Origin: Mobula hypostoma
Lineage: Eukaryota
Direction: 5' to 3'
Length of the DNA: 64,000 bases
Assembly: GCF_963921235.1 (NCBI RefSeq)
Contig: NC_086097.1
Span: 126,172,001 to 126,236,000, forward strand
Shown: piece by piece, positions 13,116-26,783 of the stretch
Layout of the letters: each line of letters opens with the position of its first letter
Numbering within the stretch: the first letter of the stretch is position 1
Notes under the pieces: model-generated
What the model was told of the DNA's origin: nothing
Databases searched by the model: none
What the model saw: only the letters and a program-made list of their open reading frames with translations
Position numbers and translations under genes: made by a program

Positions 13116-13896
13116 GTATGTAACAACTGAGATAAAATTGTATAAGTTCTCAATCCTGCTCCTTCATCCATGTTTTTTTTTGAAGCAATGAAACCAATAT
13201 TTTTTTCTCTCAAAGAGAATTGAGTTAATGTTTCTCTGATTATTTAAGTTCCAGAAAGGAAACTGATAAAACCAATACAAAGTAATATTGAATAGACCCT
13301 ATTGAGTGAGAATTTTCACATTGACATTAAAGGAGAAATTTGGTTGTGTGCTACGGTGTGATCCAAGGTGAATATAAATGAACAGAAAGCAAAGTTGAAA
13401 CATTGAAAGCAAGTTGAAAATTTTACTTGTACTTTATTACGTTTATTATTAGCAAAGAAGAATGAGATGTTTCAAGTTCAAGTTTTTTTTTGTCATTCAA
13501 ACATACATGTGTATACAGCTAAACGAAACATCATTCCCCTGGGGCTAAGGTGCGCAAAACAGTACATTGTCACAGCACATACAATCATGATTCAGTGCAT
13601 ACAGACACAAAAGAATATTAGCACATGTCCCTGAGTGGCATGATCTGAAGTTTGACAGGTTGACGTTATGTGGGAGATGCGCGTTTATGTAGGACAATAT
13701 GCTGTTACTGGAACTATTATCATAGAACTTCAAACTGATTAGTACTTGCAATTTACATTAAGAACTGAAGACTGGTATTCATTTGAATTAATGCCTGTTA
13801 CAGTCACATTAATCCTTTAACTCCCGAATCCCTAACAGTAACAATGAAAGTACCTGAAGAGCAAATGAAGATGGTCAATAAATGTTGCCCTTCCCT

Positions 13897-14314
13897 TGTT
13901 GTCGTGGCTATCCCTCGAGGTCGAGGATGATGGTCTTTATTCTGAAGAAGTGGCCCACAGAGTGAAAACACCTGTGCGTGTATTTGTTTAACGTGTACTT
14001 GATGTTGCACACCAAGAAGCACACGATACTTCACAAATCAACCAACTGATTCCATGGCATGGAAACCACGACGATTGGAGCTGATGGATTTGTTGCAGCA
14101 CTCATCCACCTTCACAGCCATTGAGTTTGAAGTAACTTCATCCGCCTGTTCCACTGTTGAGGACTTGCTTGGATTGTTCTTTGTCAGGGACCTCACCCTT
14201 GACCTTACCACCATGGGTGACCCTACCAGGAGCATGGCTCCAGACGGCATTGCTCTCGGGATCACAGGACCACACAAGCTTCTCCACCATGACAAGGAGA
14301 CAATCCACAGAGAA
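13897..14314 (-). mobile_element. 418-bp RTE-derived bipartite non-autonomous retroelement
   Basis: 13-bp TSD gttgcccttccct at 13884-13896 and 14315-14327. 5' part resembles RTE 5'UTRs (ccttgtcatggtgg...gggtcacccatgg...ctgacaaag); short (ACA)-type tail; no Pol III boxes seen. Confidence 0.75.
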
Positions 14315-14344
14315 GTTGCCCTTCCCTATAGTTTGCATAATAGG

Positions 14345-14625
14345 GATGCCATTGTAGCAATATATTACAGCACCAGCAATCAGTGATCTGGGTTCAATTC
14401 CTGCTACTGTCTAAGGAGCTTTTATATTCTCCCTGTGACTGTGTGGGTTTCCTCTATATGCTGTGGTTTCCTCCTAATTACCAAAGATGTCAGAGTTAGG
14501 GTTAGTAAGTTGTGGGCATGCTAAGTTGGCGCTGAAAGCATAGCGACACTTGTGGGTCTCCCCTAGCATATTTGTAGCATAAATGACATTATGTTTTGAT
14601 GTACAAGTAACAAAGGTATTCTTTA
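14345..14625 (+). mobile_element. tRNA-headed V-domain SINE (degenerate)
   Basis: B-box gggttcaattcc, then V-domain-like ttctccctgtgactgtgtgggtttcctc. Confidence 0.7.
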
Positions 14626-15319
14626 ATCCTTTTACCTCACTGATCACTACCCTGCAAATTGTCGATGAGACCTGAAGACAAAACTGTTTATTTCCCTTTT
14701 TTGTTACTCTTGCTTTCCTTTCCAGAAGAAGTGAGAATATTCTTTGGCATTCAACACATTATCTTATACCACTTCCATAATCTTTACTCTGTGCTGTTCT
14801 CTTTTACCTTGCATCACTACCCTTCCCCTACCTTTTGTAATTTGATCTCCATCAGAAACTTTTCCTCAATACCACCCCACCATTTTCCAGTGTATTATAA
14901 AATGTGCAGCTGTTTAATTTTTCCAAAACTTCCATAGGATTGTTGATGTGAATTGTTAATTGCTTTTCAGTAATACCAAAATAAATGTCCCTCTAAAATG
15001 CAAAGTTTTACATAACCTGAATGATTCTGGACAATATTTGAACATTAAATTTGTCATAGTAAAATGATTTCCTTCAATGTTTTGACACTCTATTCATGAT
15101 TATTTTGACTAAGGTGGGCAATTTTAGTTATTGTGTTGAAAAAAGATTGCCTCCAAACATGTCACTTTCATGAATGGTAGTATAAGGTTTCATGAGCTTG
15201 CATGAAAACTATGGCGCCACAAGAAAAATCTTGTTTAATGAATTTGAGAATTTTGGAGAAACAAAGTTTAGATTTACTTAAGAGGTGAAAGCATTAAAGC
15301 CCTGTCACAAGTGTCTAGC

Positions 15320-15900
15320 ATCTTTCATTGATTAAAGTTTAGTCCGGATTTTCCACTTCTCCTATGAGATGGCTTTCTGGAGATCGTACCTGGACCTCTT
15401 GTAACTTTCTAGGTCACCAGACTTGAATGCTTTTGATCTGGCCCTTAGCAGATTGCGGATCTCATAGTTCATCCAGCGCTTCTGGTTAGGGAAGACTTTG
15501 AATGATTTACACATTCGTCTACAACTGTTTTTATAAAGTCCATGACAACTATGGTGTATTCATTCAGATCCACAAATGAGTCCCTGAACATGGCACAGTC
15601 CACTGACTCAAAAGCAACCCTGTAGCCACTCCTCTACCACCCTTGACCACCTCTTTGTTGTCCTAATCTCTGGAGTCTTGCTCTTCAGCTTTGTCTGTAT
15701 GCAGGTAGGAGGAGGACAGCCAAGTTATCACATTTCCTGAAATGTGGTCTGGGCATAGAAAGGTAGCCATTGCTTATGTTAGTATAACAGTGATATGGTG
15801 TGTTGGGACTCTGGAGCTGCAGGTTATATGCTGATGGTAATTGGGCAGGGATTTCTTTCAAACAGGCCTGGCTGAAGTCCACAAAAATGATTTGAGATCA
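15320..15900 (-). mobile_element. Degenerate Rex1/L2-like LINE ORF fragment
   Basis: Minus strand contains PRPHFRKCDNLAVLLLPAYRQ and a FPNQK-like motif. Confidence 0.6.
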
Positions 15901-16384
15901 AAGTTGGGGACTATGAACATAAAAGAGCCTCGACTCTCACCACCAGATTCAAGGATGGTTATTACCCCTAGCCACCAGGCCATAGAGCCAAAGGGCTAAC
16001 TTCACTTGCCCCATCATTGAGATGTTCCTATAGCCTCTGGACTCACTTTCAAGGATTCTTCATTTCATGTTTTTGGTATTTAATGCTTATTACATTATTA
16101 TTATTTCTTTGTGTTCGCACAGTTTGTCTTTGGCACACTGAAAGCCTAGTTGGTGTGGAATTTCATTGATTTATATTATGGTTATTATTCCATTATTGAT
16201 TTATTGAACATCTTTGTAAGAAAAGGAATCTCGGGGTTGTATAAGGTGATATATATGTACCTTAATAATAAATTTACTTTGAACTTTGTTTAGATTTCTA
16301 TAATTTTGTTTTTGCTGTTATTAAACCAATGTTGAAACTATTTCAAATAAGGAGAATTATGAATAAAAATAAACAGAACTGTAC

Positions 16385-16472
16385 AGCAACACCCACCAAG
16401 TGCTGGAGGAGCTCAGCATCAATGAAGGGGAATAAACAGTCAATGTTTCAGGCCGAGACCCTTCTTTGGGGC
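16385..16472 (-). mobile_element. Short Penelope terminal-repeat relic with dead hammerhead
   Basis: cagtcaatgtttcaggccgagacccttc is the reverse complement of part of the motif at 60271; CUGANGA is lost. Confidence 0.55.
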
Positions 16473-16757
16473 CATTCAGAGAATTGTAAATGCATTTTGT
16501 AAAATTATTCATTTTTTAGATTCCACATTTTTATCATTCACTTGGTAATTTTAGGCTTGGTCAGACTGTACATTTAAATCATTAAATGTTTTGTGGAAAT
16601 TTTTGGTGGCATTTTGTGGAAGAAAAATGTAGGAATGCTCAAAGCTACAAAAAACAATTGTCTTTGAAGCTATTGATTCTTTGGGATCTTAATTTCCATT
16701 CTGCTGTCACATAATTTTGTACTGCTTTTAATATGAGATTTTCTTTCCCCTTAAAAG

Positions 16758-16825
16758 GTTGGAACGTTGGATGTCTTGGTGGGATTATCTGATGAACTCG
16801 CCAAGTTGGACTCCTTTGTTGAGAG
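16758..16825 (+). CDS. ATP6V1C1: ATP6V1C1 exon 3 (68 nt)
   Basis: ttaaaag| VGTLDVLVGLSDELAKLDSFVE+AG |gtaagt; in frame with the previous exon. Confidence 0.97.
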
Positions 16826-18029
16826 GTAAGTTTGTTAAATAGTCAAATTATTTCTAAAGATGAATTTATATTGCTTCTGACAGTTCCTTTGTGAAAGAGT
16901 CTGATTTTTTAAAAGTGACGAAATTAAATGTGGTGATAATCTAGTAACTGGTTGCTGTTTACAGTTCACATTAATTGTGGCTATGTGAATTGAACCCATC
17001 AGAAGCCAAATGTGTGTGTCATTTTCAGATTGGGTATGTATTTTGACTTAATTTTTTTAAAAATGCAGATCTATGTTAGGGCATGCATGCTGGCCTGTCT
17101 CAGTATGACTTGATGAAGTCACAATAGGTACAGGTGGATTATAGATAGGTTAAATGACTAGACAAAGAACTGGTAAATCTAGCGTAATGTCAAAATGGAT
17201 AATTTTGGATTTTCCAACAAGGAAAGAAATCAAAGGAGCAGAATTTTGACCCAGATCATTGACAACTCATCTCCACCCCCTACTAACAGATGCTGCTTGC
17301 TCTGCTGAGTTCCTCTGCTGATTGTTTCTCTTTATTCCAACACCTGAAGTCTCTTGTGTCTCAAAAAGATAAAAGGAGGTTATTATCAAAATGATGAGAT
17401 ATTGTGGAGTTCTGAAATGCAGAAAAGGTTAGCTGAATTTTCAAATGACTAGTGCATCAATCGGTGAGATTGGTGGGTTTGGTGTTCAGTGATTGGCAGG
17501 CCCTCATGTTCACTGTTAAGGATGGAGGCCTGGAAGTCAATTTGGAAGTCCAGAAGCCAAGGCTCATTGACTGGAGCCCGGAGTCTGCTAACTGAGTCTG
17601 CTGGGAAGTGAGACCACTGTCAGTGAATCTGATTCCACTGGAGACCGAAGAAGATGGCCTGTCCTGGGGTTAGAGGCCTGTGTATGTGGTTGGCTGGGTG
17701 AGAGAAACAGGGCTCGTTTTGCTGCTGTTGTTCTGTTTTGTTCTGTTCCATGTTGTCCTACTGAGCATTAAGGGTATGCTTATGTTGGCATCGGAATGTG
17801 TGGTAACACTTGTGGGCTGCCTCCAGTACATTCTCGGGTGTGTTGGTTGTTAATTCGAATAGCATATTTTACAGCATGTTTCAATGTGCGAGTGACAAAC
17901 TTGAATCTTGATCAAACCTGAGGTGCCAAGTGGCCTTTGAGTCACAGTAACTTTGGCTTCAAGCTCAGTTCGAGAGATTTAAGTATGTAGTTTTAGGCTG
18001 ATGCTCAGTTGTCAATATTTAGGCTGTAA

Positions 18030-18720
18030 AGTAGAAGACAAGCAGAATTAGGCTTTTCGGCCCATTGAGTCTGCTGCACCATTCCAATTATGATCTGTCA
18101 ACCATGGTTCAGTGATGCCCACAATGTCATACCTGCCACTTTCTAACTATGCTGCAAGATCACCAACGTTATTTCTTGTACTGTGTGCATTCAGGTATAA
18201 CACCTTTAGTCCTGTACTTGCCACCCTTTTCAATTTTGTCTCCGTGTTCTCTGAAGTTAAATTCTTATCCCTTTAAACTTTTTAATCTTTATTCTGGAGA
18301 CTTCTGTAATCCTTCCTGCACTCTCCTTCCGTTTTACCTTATCTATACTTTTCCAAGCTGTTGAACTGACCTTCTCCCCCGCTTCCCCCCCCCAATACTA
18401 TATAGTTTAAGGCCCTATCCACAGTCTAGTTATATTTTGCTAGGGCCCTGGTCCCAGCATGCTTCAGATGGCGCTTGTCCCATTGGAATAGCTCCGTTCT
18501 TCCCCAATGCTGGTGCCAGTGTCCCACAAATTCAAACCCACTTCTCCCACACCAATCTTAGAACCACCCATTTAGCTCACTGATCTTATTAACCTTGTGC
18601 CAATTTATGCATGGCTCATAACAATCTGGAGATTATTACCTTTTGCATTTTAATTTAGTCACTAGCTGCAAAAGTTCCCTCAGCAGAACCCCTTTTATTG
18701 TTTTTACTATGTCATTACGT
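18030..18720 (-). mobile_element. Degenerate CR1 fragments (3' tail and ORF1/ORF2 junction)
   Basis: agcagaattaggc...cggccc tail motif and similarity to 12280-12420 and 24050-24330. Confidence 0.6.
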
Positions 18721-20244
18721 CATTACAGATAATGAAAGATGCAATATTAAAAAATTCCTTGCACTATTTCAAAGATCAAAATACATTTATTATCAAGGTA
18801 TGTACAGTATTATGGAAAAGTTTTAGGCACCTTAGATTATTTTATATGGTTTTCGATTGTATAGCCTCCAGAGAGCCTTGATTTCAACATCAGCGAAGCT
18901 ATCTGGAATTACCTGGAGAGACAGAAGCAAGCGAGACAGCCATAGTGATTTAGTTTTTTGCTGTTTACTGCTCTTTATGGTAATTCTTTGATATTTGGAA
19001 ACTTTTCATTTTACTTTTTTTAAGCAATTTTGCTTGACAAAATTTTTTTGCATTTGCTGTAGACTTTTGCACAGTATTGTGTGTGTGTTTGTGTAATATG
19101 TTTCCTTTTGTACAGTTCAAGTAAAAGACTTGTCTGAATATTTCACATTCTAAATTTTGTCTCATCCCAATTTGTCCAATATTTTAAACTTGTCACATTT
19201 TATTATTTTAACTGGTGTTCAGCATTCTTTTTTCAACAAAGTGTTATAGATATCAAAGTGAGAAAAATCTTTGATGGAATCAGATGTAAAAGATTTTCTT
19301 CGATCACAGAATAAAATAAGATCACTTCCCTGTCGGATTCCAGTCACTTCTCTGAAAATCAATTGGCTTCAATCTAATGACTGAAATTAAATAAATCTAC
19401 CAACTTGGTGTTGAAGCACAGGGTATATTTTTGATTAACAAGTATGGTTATTCTAAGGATATACACAACTTTGATAACAGATACCAATAATAATTAGACT
19501 ATTAACTAATGGTATTTATTCCAAAAAATGATACATCATGAGTTGGTGATGAAAGCAAATTGAATATCAGAAATACATGTTCAGCCAAATTTCCCACACT
19601 AACTTTAATTTTCTGGCTCAAAATGGTGCCACAGTTTAGTAATCAAGAACAAAGTTCAGTAATAATTAATGGGAAGGAGTATGGGTTCAAGAAACATTTC
19701 AGAGTTAGATTTATCACATGTATGTTGAAACATACAGTGAAATGAGTCGTTTGTGTTAACAACCAAAACACCCAAGGATGTGCTGAAGGCAGCCTGCAAG
19801 TGTAGCACACATTCTAGCACCAATATAGCATGCCTACGATGCTCTGCAGAAAAACATGCAACAAACCAAGCCACAAAGCACCAACAGCGAAATGAGCCCC
19901 ATTCCTCCCTCTCACCCACATGCAAACATAGTCCTCTATCTCAAGGATGGGTCGTCATCTTTTGCCTCCAGCAAACTCGTGGATTTGCAGACAGTGGGCC
20001 TCAACATCACCATTTTTTTTTTAAAACTCATAGCCTGTTAAATACTCCACTAATGCCAATTGAGATTGACTAGTTTTGTTAATGTATCTTAATGCAAAAC
20101 TATTCAGCAAACAAAATTGTACTGAAAATTCCAATCTGAAAATTTTGCACCAATAAACATTCATCACTAACTTTTGCATAAATCTGTAAACTTTTTTAGT
20201 CAGTTTTTCCCCAATTACATTCCACTTAATGTCACTTTTGTGTT

Positions 20245-20535
20245 GGGCACGTGGCCAAGTGGTGCAACTGTAACAAAAAGCAATTTCCTTCGGGATCAAT
20301 AAAGTATGACTATGACTATAAGTGGTTAAGGCATTCATCTAGTGATTCGAAGGTCACTAGTTTGAGCCTCAGCTGTGGCAGCGTGTTTGTGTCCTTGAGC
20401 AAGGCACTTAGTCACACATTGCTCTAGTCTGTGCGAGGAGTGGCGCCCCACACAGACTTCCAGTCTGCGCCTTGTAAGGCATGAAAATGTCCGACACAGG
20501 CCTCTCATGGTCTGAGTCAACGTTTCCTCCCTTCC
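20245..20535 (+). mobile_element. tRNA-headed SINE with CORE-like body, interrupted at its A box by a 56-bp Rex1-like tail
   Basis: gtggccaagtgg|insert|ttaaggc A-box; gtgtccttgagcaaggcactta CORE-like motif; TSD aagtggt at 20257-20263 and 20320-20326. Confidence 0.7.
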
Positions 20536-21033
20536 CTAATGGGTAAATTCAAAACCCTATATCTGAAAATATTATTTCAGAGAGAAGAGGTAATTCTATA
20601 GAGTAGCTTCCAAGGAATTAGACTGTTTTGATTACAATACAAATTCTGCAGTGTTAATTTCAGCAGTAATTTTAAATTCTGTATTTTTTTAAATGCTCAC
20701 CTTGAAGGGTCAGCAGAGCACTCTCCTCAAAATGGGCTCGCCATAGAAATTCCTTTCATCTTGTTTACAATGCTACCACAGTCCAATAATAGTCTATGCT
20801 GAACCAAGCTTCATTACTGCCCTAACATTTTGTTCAGTTTTTCTTGCCTCCAAACTGTGCCCTGTGGGCTCAAAGTATATTATCAAGGTACAGTGTGTGT
20901 CACCATATTCTACCGTGAGTTTCATTTTCTTACAGGCATTCACAGTAGAACAACGAAATAAAAAGCATCAATGAAAAACTACACACTGGCTGTCAAACAA
21001 CCTAATGTGCAAAAGAAGGCAATCTGTGCAAAT

Positions 21034-24000
21034 ATAACCATATAACAATTACACACGGAAACAGGCCATCTCGGCCCTTCTAACCAATTTAACCAATTAA
21101 CTAATTTCCCCCTGGGATCAATAAAGTATGACTATGACTAGTCTGTGCCAAACTCTTACCCTATCCTAGTCCCACCAACCTGCAGTCAGCCCATAACCCT
21201 CTATTCCTTTCCTGTCCATATATCTATCCAATTTAACTTTAAACGACAACATAGAACCTGCGTCAACCACTTCTGCTGAAAGCTCATTCCACACAGCTAC
21301 CACTCTGAGTAAAGAAGTTCCCCCTCATGTTACCCCTAAACTTTTGTCTTCTAATTCTCAACCCATGTCCTCTTGTTTGAATCATCCCCACTCTCAATGG
21401 AAAAAGTCTAACCATGTCAACTCTATCAATCCCCCTCATAATTTTAAACACCTCTATCAAGTCCCCCCTCAACCTTCTACGCTCCAACGAATAAAGACCT
21501 AACTTGTTCAACCTTTCTCTGTAACTTAGGAGATGAAACCCAGGTAACATTTTAGTAAACCACCTCTGTACCCTCTCAATTCTATTGACATCTTTCCTAT
21601 AATTCGGTGACCAGAACTGTACACAATACTCCAGATTTGGCCTTACCAATGCCTTATACAAATTCAACATTACATCCCAACTCCCGTACTCAATGCTCTG
21701 ATTTATAAAGGTCAGCAAACCAAAAGCTTTCTTCATCACCCTATCCACACGAGATTCCATCTTCGGGGAACTATGCACCATTATCCCTAGATCCCTCTGT
21801 TCTAAAGCATTCGTTAATGCCCTACCATTTACCATGTATGTCCTATTTTGATTAGTTCTACCAAAATGTAGCACCTCACATTTTTCAGCATTAAACTCCA
21901 TCTGCTATCTTTCAGCCCACTCTTCTAACTGTCCAAAATCTCTCTGCAAGTTTTCAAAACCTACCTCATTATCCACAATTCCACCTATCTTAGTATCATC
22001 TGCATACTTACTCATCCAATTTACCACCCCATCATCCAGATCATTAATATATATTACAAAGCATTGGACCCTGAGGCACACTGCTACACACCGTCCTCCA
22101 ATCTGATACACAGTTATCCACCACTACTCTCTGGCGTCTCCCATCTAGCCACTGCTGAATCCATTGTACTACTTCCATATTAATGCCTAACGATTGAACC
22201 ATCCTCACTAACTTTCCATGTGGAACCTTGTCAAAGGCCTTACTGAAGCTCATAGACAACATCCACTGTTTTACCCTCATCAACTTTCTTAGTAACCTCA
22301 TCAAAAAATTCAATAAGATTTGTCAAACATGACCTTCCATGCACAAATCCATGTTGGCTGTTCCTAATCAGACTCTGTCTATCCAGAAAATTATATATAC
22401 CATCTCTAAGAATACTTTCCATCAATTTACCCACTACTGACGTCAAACTCACAGGCTGATAATTGCCAGGTTTATTCTTAGAACCCTTTTTAAACAATGG
22501 AACCACATGAGCAATACGCCAATCCTCCGGCACCATTCCCGTTTCTAATGACATTTGAAATAGTTCTGTCCGAGCCCCTGCTATTTCTACACTAACTTCC
22601 CTCAAAGTCCTAGGGAATATCTTGTCCGGACCCGGAGACTTATCACTTTTATATTCCTTAAAAGTGCCAGTACTTCCTCTTTAATTGTTATACTTTCCAT
22701 AACTACTCTACTTGTTTCCTTTACCTTACACAATTCAATATCTTCCTCCTTAGTGGATACCGAAGAAAAGAAATTGTTCAAAATCTCCCCCATCTCTTTT
22801 GGCTCCGCACATAGTCATCCACTCTGATTCTCCAAGGGACCAATTTTATCCCTCACTATCCTTTTGCCACTAACATAACTGTAGAAACCCTTTGGATTTA
22901 TTTTCACCTTACTTGCCAAAACAGCCTCGTATCTTTTAGCTTTTCTAATTTCTTTCTTAAGATTCTTTTTACATTCTTTATATTCCTCGAGTACCTCATT
23001 AACTCCAAGCTGCCTATATTTATTGAAGATCCCTCTCTTTTTCTGAACCAAGTTTCTAATATCTCTTGAAAACCATGGCTCTCTCAAACATTTAACCTTT
23101 CCTTTCAACCTAACAGGAACATAAAGATTCTGAACCCTTAAAATTTCACCTTTAAATGACCTCTATTTCTTTGTTACATCCTTCCCATGAAACAAATTTT
23201 CCCAATCCACTCCTTCTAAATCCTTTCGCATCTCCTTAAAGTTAGCCTTTCTCCAATCAAAAATCTCAACCCTAGGTCTAGGCCTATCCTTCTCCATAAT
23301 TATATTGTAACTAATGGCATTGTGATCACTGGACCCGAAGTGCTCCCCAACACATACCTCCGTCATCTGCCCTATCTCATTCCCTAACTGGAGATCCAAC
23401 ACTGCCCCTTCTCTAGTTGGTACCTCTACGTATTGCTTCAAAAAATTATCCTGCACACATTTTACAAACTCCAAACCATCCATCCATTTTACAGAATGGG
23501 CTTCCCAGTCTATGAGTGGAAAATTAAAATCTCCCACAATCACAACCTTGTGCTTACTACAAATATCTGCTTTCTCCTTACAAATTTGCTCCTCCAGTTC
23601 TCGGTCCCCATTAGGTGGTCTATACTTCACCCCTATAAGCGTCACAACACCTTTCCTATTCCTCAATTCCACCCAAATAGCCTCTCTAGATGAGTCCACT
23701 AATCTATCCTGCCAGAGCACTGCTGTTAAATAATCTCTGACAAGCAATGCAACACCTCCCCCTCTTGCCCCTCCTATTCTATCACACCTGAAACAATGAA
23801 ATCCTGGAATATTTAGTTGCCAATCACACCCCTCCTGCAATCACGTTTCACTAATAGCTACAACATCATATTTCCAGGTATCAATCCATGCTCTAAGCTC
23901 ATCCACCTTTCTTACAATGTTCCTAGCATTAAAATAGATGCATTTAAAAAACTCTCCACCTCCCACTCTGTTTATCCTTAATTGAGGAAACAACTTTGTT

Positions 24001-25500
24001 ATCTTCTTCTTTTCCCCTACATCAACCTCCCCTCTCCTATTCTCCTTAATTTGATTCCCTCCCCCCAACCATTCTAGTTTAAAGTCACCTCAGTAGCCCT
24101 CGCACATCTCCCTGCCAGGATATTTGTCCCCCTATGATTCAAGTGCAACCCGTCCCCTTTGTACAGGTCATGCCTGAGCCAATAGTGGTCCCAATGATCC
24201 AAAAACCCCGAGTCCCTGCCCCTTGCTCCAATCTCTCAGCCACGCATTTATCCTACATCTCATTGCATTCCTACTCTCACTGTCGCGTAGCACAGGCAGT
24301 AATCCTGAGATTACTACCTTTGTTGTCCTTTTTCTCAACTCCCTTCCGAACTCCCGATATTCCTCTTTCAGGACCTCTCCCCTTTTCCAACCTATGTCAT
24401 TGGTACCTGTATGTACCACGACCTCTGGCTCCTCTCCCTCCCACTTCAAGATCTCTTGGACGTGATCAGAAACATCCCAGACCCTGGCACCAGGGAGGCA
24501 AACTACCATCCGGGTCTCCTGACTTCATCCACAGAATCGTCTGTCTGACCCCCTAACTATTGAGTCCCCTATTACTATTGCCCTCCTCTTCCATTCCCTA
24601 TCCTTCTCAGCTACAGGGCTGGACTCTGTGCCAGAGGCACGGCCAGTGTTGCTTCCCCCGGGTATGTTGTCCCCCCCAACAGTACTCAAACAGGAGTACT
24701 TATTGTCAAGGGCCACAACCACAGGGGTACTCTCTATTACTTTATTCTTCCTATTCCCCCTCCTAACCTCGACCCACTTGTCTGCCTCTCGTGGCTCCGG
24801 TGTGACCACCTGCCTGTAACTTCTCTCTATCAACTCCTCACGCTCCCTGATAAGACGAAGGTCATCGAGCTGCAGCTCCATTTTCCTAATGCGGTCTCTT
24901 AGGAGCTGCATCTCGACGCACCTGGCGCAGATGTGGATGTCCAGGAGGCTTGGAGATTCCACTACCTCCTACATCCGGCACTGAGAACAACAAGCTGCCC
25001 TCACACTCATACTTCCCCCTCTCTTCAAATAACAGTGGAGGGAAAAAAAATGAATAACCAAACCCTCTTCGCCTCGCCCGTTTCCGCCTAAGCCCGTTGA
25101 GCCAAAGCCCTTAAGCCTTCACTCTGCTCCCGACTCATTCCGCAGCCCGCAAACTATGCTGCCCGCTATATAAGGCTGTGTTCCTTTTAAATCTTTCTCG
25201 TTTCACTCCACGACATCACACGCTGCGCAGTCCTGACTCTCTCAACGCCGATGGGGGGGAAAAAACCGAAAAATTCAAAAAAGGCTTCCTCCACACTCCC
25301 GCTCCGAATCTCAGTCGTCTTGCTCCCAATTAAACTGGAATCAGGATTTGAGTCCTTTTAAATCTTCCTCGTTTCACTCAATGACGTCACACGCCTGCGC
25401 AGTCCTGACTCTCTCGATGCCGATGGGGGAAAAAAAAATGAAAAATTCACAAAAGGCTTCCTCCACACTCCCGCTCCGAATCTGTCATCTTTTTCCCAAA
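21034..25500 (-). mobile_element. Near full-length CR1 LINE (5'UTR, ORF1 zinc finger plus SGNH esterase, ORF2 APE-RT), frameshifted
   Basis: ORF1 HICARC, AIVIGDSIVRG, CLPGARV, VVHTGTND; ORF2 CIYFNARNI, IVGDFNFP, SQHGFVHGRSCLTNL, KYADDTK, ERRRLRGDLIEVFK. 7-bp TSD tgcaaat at 21027-21033 and 25501-25507. Confidence 0.95.
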
Positions 25501-26399
25501 TGCAAATGTAATAATAATAAATAAGCAAATAAATAATACGGAGGACGTGAATTGTAGAGACCTTGAATGAATGTGAGTTCATAACATTGTGGAATCACTA
25601 AAGTAAAGTCAGGTTGTGGGTGTGGAGTTCAAAGTAAATTTATTATTGAATTATGTGTATGTCACCATTTACTACCCTGAGATTCATTCATTCACATTAA
25701 ATACAAAGAAACAGCAGAATCAATGAAAAGCTGCACACGAAAACAGACTAACAATCGATGTATAAAAGACAACAAATTATGTAAACATAAAATTTAAAGA
25801 AAAGAATTAAGTACAGTGGATTCCAGTTAATTGGGACACATTGGGACCAGTACATTTCAGCTCAATTAAGTGTACTAATTATCTAAAGTTTCATGGAAAT
25901 AGTTAAAAAGGTATTTAAAAAAAAAAAGACAAACTACTGCTTAACTGAGTAACAAATTAAGTATTTAAATGAAATACAGAACAAATTAGAACATCAATAT
26001 TACTACAGTACTATAGAAATGTATATTAGTTCATAATTGCTGACAGGAATTCATCGAATGTATGCTGGCAGAGTACTTGATTAGTAAACTATCCATTCTT
26101 AGCCCCTTAAAACATAGAGTTTTAACACTCTTACCAATAACAAACAATTTTTTTTTAATCAGTTCCTGGCGTGCGTATTTGAACAGCACAACAATTATTA
26201 GATCCCTTGCTTTCTTTGATCCTGATAGTGTTGCGTGTTTTGTAGCCTGGTACATCAGCGTTGTAGGTAACATTTGCAAAAAAAGTTCTTAAAAAAAAGT
26301 TGAGGCCTTTTGTAGGTTTCCATGATTCTGCACTTACAGTATCAGCGCTACTTTTCTCACTGTGTGCTTTCTTGAATTTAATGTGTCTATATTTCCATG

Positions 26400-26783
26400 C
26401 TGCCCAGAATATCTAGTAATATGAGGAAACAAATTGAAGCAGCAGAGATGTGGTTTTTGAGGAGGGTGCAAAGAATATCATGGACGAAATGAATATCTAA
26501 TGAAGATGTCATGAACAGAACAAACACAAAGAAATAATGAGATTATGAAAAGGCAACATAACTTAATTGGACATGTGATTAGGAAAGAGGAGTTAGAACG
26601 CACAGTAATTATGGGAAAGATTGAAGGGAAGAAAGCAAGAGGAAGACAAAGACAAATGATGATGGAGACAGCAGCCAGAGAACTGGATATGAATACCAAT
26701 GAATTGATCCACTTGACCCAAAACAGGAGTGTGTGGGCCATGGCAGTCAAAGCTCAAACTGGGCACGGCACCTGATGATGATG
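26400..26783 (+). mobile_element. 5'-truncated RTE LINE
   Basis: GHVIRKEELE...GKIEGKKARGRQR; (GAT)n tail; 11-bp TSD atatttccatg at 26389-26399 and 26784-26794. Confidence 0.9.

Noticed and set aside
17925..18020. Ancient Deu-type SINE head (also about 42645-42740)
   Set aside because: The resemblance is too weak to call without an alignment.
20245..20375. tRNA gene
   Set aside because: Only a SINE head: the A box is interrupted, the B box is degenerate, and no cloverleaf forms.
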